DNA from: Polyangiales bacterium
GTDB taxonomy: Bacteria; Myxococcota_A; Polyangia; Polyangiales; Ga0077539
Assembly: GCA_044229975.1 (NCBI GenBank)
Contig: JBGARZ010000014.1
Span: 96,001 to 160,000 of the forward strand
Direction of reading: 5' to 3'
Length of the DNA stretch: 64,000 nt
Of the stretch, positions 57,085 through 64,000 are shown in pieces. The translations under genes and the position numbers were made by a program. Within the stretch, counting starts at the first letter, position 1. Every line of letters begins with the position of its first letter. The notes below the pieces were generated by a model. That model had not been told where the DNA came from, made no database searches, and saw only the letters and a list, made by a program, of their open reading frames with translations.

Positions 57085-58436
57085 CAGAACATCCTCGGCG
57101 GACGCGGACCCCGCGAAGAACCACCCGCGGCCGCGGCGCCAGAGGTCGGGTTGGCCGAGTCCGTCTCGTCGACCACCACCTGCGTGCCCTCGTTGAGCTC
57201 CGGCGCCGACACCTCCGTGTTGACGCCGTCGGTGAGCCCCACCGTCACCGCCACGCGGGTCGCCTGCCCGTTGCGCACGACGTAGATGCCACCGCGTTCG
57301 GGCCGCTCGCCTCCACCACCTGCGCCGCGTTCGCCACGCGGTCGTCGACCGGTGGTTCCGCCGTCGCCGCCTGGCGTTGCGGGCGTGGGCTCCGCGGCGG
57401 CGCTGGCCGGTCGGTAGCGCAGGGCCGCGTTGGGGACGCGCAGCACGTCGGGATGCCGCGCCGCGATGGCGGTGACGGTGGCGGTCATGCCGGGGCGTAG
57501 CCGCGACTGCGGGTTGGCGACGTCGATGACGGCCTGGTAGGTGACGACGCCGTTGGTCGTGGTGGGCGTGATGCGGAGCTCGCGGACCGTTCCGCGGAAC
57601 GACTCGCGGGGGAAGGCGTCGACGCGGGCGACGGCCTCCATGCCTTCGGTGAGCTTGCCGATGTTCGCCTCGTCGACGTTGGCGATGACCCGCATCTGGG
57701 TGAGGTCGTTGTCGATGATGAACAGCGTCGGCGTCTGGAGACTGGCCGCCACGGTCTGCCCAGGGTCGACGGCGCGCGTCGCCACGATGCCGTCGATGGG
57801 CGCGAGGATGCGGGTGTACGTGAGGTTGGTGCGGGCGACCTCCACCGACGCGGTGGCCTGCTCCACCTGGGCCTGCGCGACGCCCACGGAAGCGCGCGCC
57901 GAGTCGCGGGTGGCGACGGCGGCGTCGACGTCGGCCTGGGCGTTGAGGTTGGCCGTTCGGAGGGTGTTGGCGCGCGTGAGGTTGCGCTCGGCGAGGGTGA
58001 GGTCGGCGCGGCGCTGCACGAGCACGGCGCGGGCGGAGGCGAGCGAGGCGCGCACCTGGGCGGCCTGCGCGAGGTAGGGCGTCGCGTCGAGCTCGGCGAG
58101 GAGGTCACCGCGGCGCACGCGGCTGTTGAAATCGACGGCGACGTTGGTCACGCGCCCGCTGATCTGCGCGCCGACCTGAACCTCCAACACGGGGCGCACC
58201 GTCCCCGTGGCGCGCACGGTCTCCGAGAGGTCGCCGCGCGTGACGGTGGCCGTGAGGTAGCGGGGCGCGGGCGTGGCGGCCTTGCGACGCGCGACGACGA
58301 CACCGCCCGCGACGAGGGCGACGACGACCAGCACCACGACGATCCACCAGGGCTTGCGACGCGTGCGCAGGCGACCGAGCGCCGGGGAGCGAGGCGTGGG
58401 AGCGACCGTGGCGGAGGGCGTCGGTGAGGTGGCCAT
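57084..58436 (-). CDS. macA: MacA-type periplasmic adaptor
   Basis: N-terminal TM, VQVGAQISG, APIDGIV...GQTVAASLQTPTLF, LRPGMTA. Confidence 0.92.
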   Translation of the reverse strand: MATSPTPSATVAPTPRSPALGRLRTRRKPWWIVVVLVVVALVAGGVVVARRKAATPAPRYLTATVTRGDLSETVRATGTVRPVLEVQVGAQISGRVTNVAVDFNSRVRRGDLLAELDATPYLAQAAQVRASLASARAVLVQRRADLTLAERNLTRANTLRTANLNAQADVDAAVATRDSARASVGVAQAQVEQATASVEVARTNLTYTRILAPIDGIVATRAVDPGQTVAASLQTPTLFIIDNDLTQMRVIANVDEANIGKLTEGMEAVARVDAFPRESFRGTVRELRITPTTTNGVVTYQAVIDVANPQSRLRPGMTATVTAIAARHPDVLRVPNAALRYRPASAAAEPTPATPGGDGGTTGRRPRGERGAGGGGERPERGGIYVVRNGQATRVAVTVGLTDGVNTEVSAPELNEGTQVVVDETDSANPTSGAAAAGGSSRGPRPPRMF

Positions 58437-58549
58437 GAGCCATGATGGTGGCTGCGGCCTATTTCGCGAACATTGCCGCTTCGTGTCGGAATGTTTCAGC
58501 GGCTTCGAGGTGTGGACGCCGCGCCGCTCCCGGCAGTAGCGTCGGGTTC

Positions 58550-60250
58550 ATGCGCAGGCGGGCGTTGGTGCTGGCGCTGGGATTATCGGCGTCGTGTGCG
58601 TCGTCGAGTGACTCCGTGGTCGTCCCCGATGCGGGCGCCTGGATGGAGGTCATGCGCCTCGCGCCGGGTACCCCGATGGACGCCCCGGACCGCTTCCGCA
58701 CGCCCGGCGTGACCGACGCCATGCGCGCGGCCCACGTCGTCTATCCGCTCGACCACGTGGTGTTTCCGCACAACGTCTATCCGCCCGACGTGCAGTGGGA
58801 GCCCGTCGGGGTGGCGGGTGACATCTTCCGCGTCCGCGTCGCCGGGACATCTCCCCTGCTCACGGCGTACGTCGAGCACCGCGGCGCCGCGTTTCACCAC
58901 GACCATACCTTCGACCAGGACACCTGGACGGCGATGGCCGACCGGGCCGGCACGCGCGAGCTCACGCTCACCGTCGACCGCTGGGACGCTGCGCGCGACC
59001 AGGTGGTGCTCGGCACGCCCGTCCACATCCGCTTCGCCCGTGGCAGCATCGCGGGCGCCGTCTACTACTGGACCCTCGGCGACTTCGGCGGGACGCAGGG
59101 CAGGGTGCTCCGCGTCTTCCAGGGCACCGGCGTCGCCCCGCGGCCCGAGAACTTCATGCCGTCGCCCCCACCGCGCGACGACGGCAACCGCTGCGCCGCC
59201 TGTCACGGCCTCTCGCGTGACGGCAACCGCCTCGCGCTGTCCCTCGGCGACGGTCGCTTCGGCGGCGTGTACGACGCGACCACCGACCTCACGGGACCCG
59301 ACCCGACGCCGGTCTTCCGCTTCTCCGACCCGTGGTTCTTCGCGGCCTTCAACCCTGATGGGTCGCGCATCCTGATGACCGACCCCGACCAGCGCACACA
59401 GCTCCTCGACGGCCGCACCGGCGCCCGCGTGTCGACCGCCGCGCTCCCCAACGCCACGCACCCGGCGTGGTCGCCCGACGGCCGCACGGTGGCGTTCATC
59501 TCGTCGGCCGACAACGCGTGGAACCTCTCTCGCGGCGACCTCACCGTCATGGACGCCGCGGCCGATGACCGCTTCAGCGAAGCCCGTGTGATTCATCGCG
59601 GCGACGCGACCGACGGCGCGGAGGGCGCGGGCCTCGACGCCTACCCGAGCTTCTCGCCGGACTCGCGCTTCATCGCGTACCAGCACGGCCGTCGGGTGCT
59701 GCTCTCCGCCAAGGGCGCGGCGGGCGCCCTCTATCTCGTGCCTCCATCGGGCGGCGCGCCGACGAGGCTCGATCGCCTCTCGGCCGGGTCCGACGCGTGG
59801 TATCCGAGCTTCACGCCCTTCGTGACGCCCGGCGCCGACGAGGCCAGCGTCTACTGGCTGCTCTTCTACTCGCGCCGCGACTACGGCAACGCGCTGGCGG
59901 GCACGCACGGCTCCCACCGCCGACAGATCTGGGTCGCGGCGGTGTCGACCACCGGGTCGGGTGATCCGTCGAGCGTCCCGTACTGGCTCCCCGGTCAGGA
60001 CGTCGCGCAGGAGAACGCCTCGGCCTTCTGGGCGCCGCGCCCGTGCCGCCCCAACAGCGCGGTGTGCTCGGGCGACTCGCAGTGTTGCAGCGGCAATTGC
60101 AGCGACGAGCTCGTCGAGGGCCAGCGCGTGTGCCGCCCGCCGCCTCCGTCGGGTTGTCGCCGCGCGGGCCAGAGCTGCGGCGCCACGAGCGACTGCTGCG
60201 ACCGCACGCTGGAGTGCGCGGGCGGCGTGTGCCTCCCGACGCCGGGGTGA
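58550..60250 (+). CDS. TolB-like beta-propeller lipoprotein with CxxCH and Cys-rich tail
   Basis: SASC lipobox; PD40-like repeats (FNPDG, WSPDG, FSPDS); CAACH; C-terminal C...C..DSQCCSG.C modules. Confidence 0.82.
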   Translation: MRRRALVLALGLSASCASSSDSVVVPDAGAWMEVMRLAPGTPMDAPDRFRTPGVTDAMRAAHVVYPLDHVVFPHNVYPPDVQWEPVGVAGDIFRVRVAGTSPLLTAYVEHRGAAFHHDHTFDQDTWTAMADRAGTRELTLTVDRWDAARDQVVLGTPVHIRFARGSIAGAVYYWTLGDFGGTQGRVLRVFQGTGVAPRPENFMPSPPPRDDGNRCAACHGLSRDGNRLALSLGDGRFGGVYDATTDLTGPDPTPVFRFSDPWFFAAFNPDGSRILMTDPDQRTQLLDGRTGARVSTAALPNATHPAWSPDGRTVAFISSADNAWNLSRGDLTVMDAAADDRFSEARVIHRGDATDGAEGAGLDAYPSFSPDSRFIAYQHGRRVLLSAKGAAGALYLVPPSGGAPTRLDRLSAGSDAWYPSFTPFVTPGADEASVYWLLFYSRRDYGNALAGTHGSHRRQIWVAAVSTTGSGDPSSVPYWLPGQDVAQENASAFWAPRPCRPNSAVCSGDSQCCSGNCSDELVEGQRVCRPPPPSGCRRAGQSCGATSDCCDRTLECAGGVCLPTPG

Positions 60251-60254
60251 CCGC

Positions 60255-61589
60255 TCACCCCGTCGGCAGCGCGAGCGTGACGGTGGTCCCGACGCCGGGC
60301 TCGCTGCGAATCTCCAGCGTGGCGTGGTGCGCGTCAGCGATGCGTCGTGCGAGCGCGAGCCCCAGCCCGACGCCCCCGGTCGCGCGTGATCGGCTGCGGT
60401 CGGCGCGGAAGAAAGGCGTCCACACGTGCGGCAGGTCGTCGGCGCGGATGCCCTCGCCGTGGTCCTCCACCTCGACGACGACGCGACCGTCGCGGGTGAT
60501 GGCGCGCGCGTGCAGCGCCGAACCCGGCTCGGAGTACTTGCCCGCGTTGTCGAGGAGGTTGTCGACGAGGCGCCGCAGCAGCCGCGCGTCTCCGGGGACG
60601 GCGGCGAGCCCGGTCGCGATCTCGGCGTCGACCTTCCTCGCCGGGTTCGCCTGTCGGAAGCGATCGACCGCGCCCTGCACGATGGCTCCGACGTCGGTGG
60701 GTTCGAGGCGCACGGGGAGCGCGGCGGTGGTGAGCGAGGCGACGCCGATGTCGAGGCGCACGGCGGCCATGACGTCTTCGACGAGGCGTTCGAGGTCGGC
60801 GAGGTCGTAGGCGATCTCACCCAGCAGACGTTGGGCGCGGGCGGGGTTCTCCTGGGCCGTTTCGAGCACGACGCGGATGCGTGCGAGGGGCGTGCGGAGC
60901 TCGTGGGAGATGTTGGCGAGCATCTCCTTCTCGGCGCGAATCACGGCTTCGAGGCGCTCGGCCATGTCATTGAACGCCAGCGCGAGGTCGCCGATGTCGT
61001 CGCGGCGCGCGACGCGGGCGCGGGCCGAGAGGTCTCCGCGGCCGAAGGCGCGGGTGACGTCGACGACCTCCTCCAGCGGCGCCGCGATGGAGCGCGCAAG
61101 GGGGATGGACGCCAGCGCCACCGAGAGGAGCACGACGGCGAGCAGCAGCACGAGGCGCTCATTGGTGAGGCGCGACTGCGGCCGACCGAGCACGATGTAC
61201 TCGCCCGGCGGCGCGCCCACGCAGGCGTAGGTGTTGTGGGTTCGCCCGCCGCGCACGAAGCCCCGCGCACGGAGCCCCGCGAGCTGCGCCGGGGGCATCG
61301 GCGGGAGCGGCGGCCGCACGGTGGACAGGACGAGCGCGCCGTCGTCGCGATAGATGGAGACGGGGACGGGCATGCGCCGAACGTCGCCGCGCTCCTGCGG
61401 ATGGACGCGTCGCGCGCACGCTTCGGCGCCGAGGACGTCGGAGATGCGCCCCACCTCGCGGTCGACGGGGCGTTGGATGAGCCGGTCGCTGAGCACGAAA
61501 AAGATCGCCGCGCTCAACGCCAGCAGAAACACCCCGTGAAAGAACACCCGCAGCAGCAGCCGCCGTCCGCCGAGGGCGAGGCGCGTCAC
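60255..61589 (-). CDS. HAMP-domain sensor histidine kinase
   Basis: Two TMs, HAMP, ISHELRTPLARI, NLLDNA.KY, DHGEG, GGVGLGL; GTG start overlaps the regulator stop. Confidence 0.95.
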   Translation of the reverse strand: MTRLALGGRRLLLRVFFHGVFLLALSAAIFFVLSDRLIQRPVDREVGRISDVLGAEACARRVHPQERGDVRRMPVPVSIYRDDGALVLSTVRPPLPPMPPAQLAGLRARGFVRGGRTHNTYACVGAPPGEYIVLGRPQSRLTNERLVLLLAVVLLSVALASIPLARSIAAPLEEVVDVTRAFGRGDLSARARVARRDDIGDLALAFNDMAERLEAVIRAEKEMLANISHELRTPLARIRVVLETAQENPARAQRLLGEIAYDLADLERLVEDVMAAVRLDIGVASLTTAALPVRLEPTDVGAIVQGAVDRFRQANPARKVDAEIATGLAAVPGDARLLRRLVDNLLDNAGKYSEPGSALHARAITRDGRVVVEVEDHGEGIRADDLPHVWTPFFRADRSRSRATGGVGLGLALARRIADAHHATLEIRSEPGVGTTVTLALPTG

Positions 61590-62281
61590 TCGGGCTTCTC
61601 CGCGAGCATGTACCCGACGCCGCGAACGGTTCGGATGAGCGAGTCGCCACCGGGGACGGCGCCGAGCTTCTGGCGCAGGCGCGAGACCTGGGTGTCGACG
61701 GCGCGGTCGAAGGTCTGCTCGGCGTCGCCCTTCACGATCTCCAATAGCTGCTCGCGTGAGAGCACCCGCCCGGGTCGACGGGCGAGGGCGCTGAGCAGGT
61801 CGAACTCGGCGGTGGTGACCGCGATGGCGACGCCGTCGAGCACCACGCGACGGCTCGCGGTGTCGATGGTGAGCCCGCCGAGGCGGAGGTCGCGCGCGTG
61901 GGCGCCGAGCTGTCCCCGGTCGCGTCGGACGATGGCGTGGATGCGGGCGAGCAGCTCGCGCGGGGAGAAGGGCTTGAGCAGGTAGTCGTCGCCGCCGGTC
62001 TCCAGCCCGAGGACGCGGTCGGCCTCCTCGACGCGCGCCGTGACGATGATGATGGGCACCGCCGAGGTCTCGCGAATCGCGCGGCAGATGCTGAGCCCGT
62101 CCCGCCCCGGGAGCATGAGGTCGAGCAGCACCACATCGAAGCGCGTGCGCGTGGCTTCGGAGAGCCCGCGATCGCCGTCGGGGGCGACGGTGACGACGAC
62201 GCCGTGGTCGCCGAGGTAGTCGGCGGTGAAGCGCGCGAGGCGGGCATCGTCCTCGATGAGCAGGGCCGAGATGGTCTCCAC
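61586..62281 (-). CDS. OmpR-family response regulator
   Basis: IEDD, LDLMLPG.DG, KPFSPRELLAR, IRTVRGVGY. Confidence 0.96.
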   Translation of the reverse strand: METISALLIEDDARLARFTADYLGDHGVVVTVAPDGDRGLSEATRTRFDVVLLDLMLPGRDGLSICRAIRETSAVPIIIVTARVEEADRVLGLETGGDDYLLKPFSPRELLARIHAIVRRDRGQLGAHARDLRLGGLTIDTASRRVVLDGVAIAVTTAEFDLLSALARRPGRVLSREQLLEIVKGDAEQTFDRAVDTQVSRLRQKLGAVPGGDSLIRTVRGVGYMLAEKPE

Positions 62282-62342
62282 GAGGCGGGAGCCTAGCGTG
62301 CGTCGTTGCCCGGACGGGCCGCTGACACACTCTGTAAAACGG

Positions 62343-63557
62343 TCACGGCACCCGCACCCACTGGAGCCGCGGCCAGTAGGGCTCGGGGCGCGCGCTACCG
62401 CTGCCGGGGCCGGTGCTCCCGACGCCGTAGGTCACCGGAAGCTCGCCCGGTCGTGTCGGGTCGGCGAGCTCCAGGTGGACGACGGGCCCCGCGCAGAAGG
62501 CGTCCGGATCATCGGGTGGAAGGTCGCAGCGCGCGATGGAGCGGGCCGCGCTCCAGGGGCCTTCGGGTGTGGCGGCCGAATGGAGCTGGAGGTCGCCTCC
62601 GAAGGCGACGGCGAAGACGTGCGCGAGCCGCGAGGTGTTGCCCATGGGGACGACGGACGAGACCCACGGCCCGGCGTCGAAGACCGTGGCTCCGTCGCGA
62701 CGCCGGTCGCTGGTGAGCCAGCGATCGTTGCCGCCGAATAGCTCCATGCGGTCGGCGGCGTCGAGGCGCCCGACGACGCAGCGTTCGGTGAGAAACTCGA
62801 TCGGCGCGGGACACCCCCACACATAGGCGCGATCGCCGAGGGTCAGGCTGGCGTCGCCGAGGTCGATCTCCGTCGGGAAGCGCAACGCGCTCGGGGAGGG
62901 GATGACGACCTGCTGCGTGGCGGCGTTCCAGCGCGCGAGCCCGCTCCCGAGGTGGGTGAGTCCGAAGTGGGGGCCGCCGTCGGCGCGAAACATCCGATAG
63001 GTCACCCGCGTCTCCCCGTTGAGTCGATAGCCACCCGTGACCTGAACGACGAGCGCCGGGTCTCCTCCCTCGACCGTGACCATGGAGCGAGGGGTTCCGC
63101 CTGCGAAGACGGGGTCGCGAGGACAGGTGCCGAATGGAGCGCTCGGATCGACCTCGAAGGCGACGTTGCGGAGCTGCGTGCCCGACGCAAGCGTGACGTC
63201 CTCCGCGATCCAGAGGCAGCGGTCGATGGTAGGGATGCGTACGAGTGATCCGCCCACCGAGCGGACCTCCCCACCGGGACGAAAGAGCGGTCGGCACACC
63301 GGGCCCTGGTCGACGGAACGCTCGTAGGTCCTCGACCCCGTCGGGCAGCGCCAGGTGAGGGTGTCGTCACAGACCGCGGGCACGACGCGGGGCGCACCGC
63401 ACGGGTCCTCGTTGGGGGCGACACAGACGGGGGAGGTGGCCGGGCAGGTCGCCATGTCGGCGGCCACTGAAGCATCCAGAGGTTCGTGGAGCCCGGTGCG
63501 AGAACCACAGGACACGAGCGCCCACGAGAGAAGCGCGAGGGGTGCGAGGGACTTCAT
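62343..63557 (-). CDS. Hypothetical lipoprotein, possible beta-propeller (DUF4185-like)
   Basis: LVSC lipobox, Cys-rich N-terminus, AYVWGC, PEGPWS. Confidence 0.65.
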   Translation of the reverse strand: MKSLAPLALLSWALVSCGSRTGLHEPLDASVAADMATCPATSPVCVAPNEDPCGAPRVVPAVCDDTLTWRCPTGSRTYERSVDQGPVCRPLFRPGGEVRSVGGSLVRIPTIDRCLWIAEDVTLASGTQLRNVAFEVDPSAPFGTCPRDPVFAGGTPRSMVTVEGGDPALVVQVTGGYRLNGETRVTYRMFRADGGPHFGLTHLGSGLARWNAATQQVVIPSPSALRFPTEIDLGDASLTLGDRAYVWGCPAPIEFLTERCVVGRLDAADRMELFGGNDRWLTSDRRRDGATVFDAGPWVSSVVPMGNTSRLAHVFAVAFGGDLQLHSAATPEGPWSAARSIARCDLPPDDPDAFCAGPVVHLELADPTRPGELPVTYGVGSTGPGSGSARPEPYWPRLQWVRVP

Positions 63558-63624
63558 CGCCGCAGGAGGATAGCAACGGCAGGGCCACCTCCGGGCGGGA
63601 GGCGCCGGTGTACCGTGGGTCCCG

Positions 63625-64000
63625 ATGTCGCGCTCGGTGGTCAGGCTCGTCACGACGGTCGCGATGGTGCTGGCGATCCCCGTGGCGTGCGTGACGGGCG
63701 TCGCGCTCTACGGCAAGGCGCTGTCCGAGTCGGACGTCGCCATCGGAACGCTCGTATCCCCCGAGGTCGCCCGCGCTCGACTGCGTGAGCTGGAGGCCCG
63801 CTTCCTCGCCATGACACCCGCCCAGCACCTCGCGGAGGCCCGTCGGGCGCTCGACGCCGGGCGCAACCCCGGTCGACGGATGGGCGGCAACCCGGGGCTC
63901 GCGCAGCAGCACCTCGACGCCATCCCGGCGACGGCCCCTGAGCATGCGCAGGCGGAGTTGATGCGCGCGGAGATCGCCAATCGCCGATTGTTCTTCCTCC
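63625..64000 (+). CDS. Hypothetical membrane-anchored protein (3'-truncated by window edge)
   Basis: ATG at 63625 opens a frame running off the window: MSRSVVRLVTTVAMVLAIPVAC... Confidence 0.55.
   Translation, partial: MSRSVVRLVTTVAMVLAIPVACVTGVALYGKALSESDVAIGTLVSPEVARARLRELEARFLAMTPAQHLAEARRALDAGRNPGRRMGGNPGLAQQHLDAIPATAPEHAQAELMRAEIANRRLFFL

Overview
Very GC-rich chromosomal window, most likely from a myxobacterium (Myxococcota, probably Polyangia). This is inferred from the many Cys-rich and Asp/Val/Pro-linker lipoproteins, a MYXO-CTERM-like tail and an atypical Hsp70 paralogue. About 55 protein genes are present. They include the 3' end of gyrA, an Hsp70/J-domain pair, pspA, a REC-GGDEF cyclase, a ChoD-like oxidase, rbgA, a trehalose locus (otsA-otsB plus GH15), a phytochelatin synthase, an ECF42-type sigma/DGPF pair, a PARG-like protein, MacAB-TolC and a two-component system. 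I saw no rRNA, tRNA, CRISPR array, transposase or integrase. The most notable observations are: (1) a full-length plant/eukaryote-type phytochelatin synthase downstream of two His-motif lipoproteins; (2) a eukaryote-type PARG-like macrodomain enzyme with QDE in place of QEE; (3) an OtsA fused to a two-TM extracytoplasmic sensor-like module, facing a lipoprotein with six novel Cys/Trp repeats; (4) an Hsp70 with a ~440-aa Pro-rich insertion between NBD and SBD and no lid; (5) three unrelated ~250-290 bp fold-back elements, one with a 10-bp target-site-like duplication, and a perfect 43-bp non-coding tandem repeat. All calls come from reading motifs by eye; no database searches were run.
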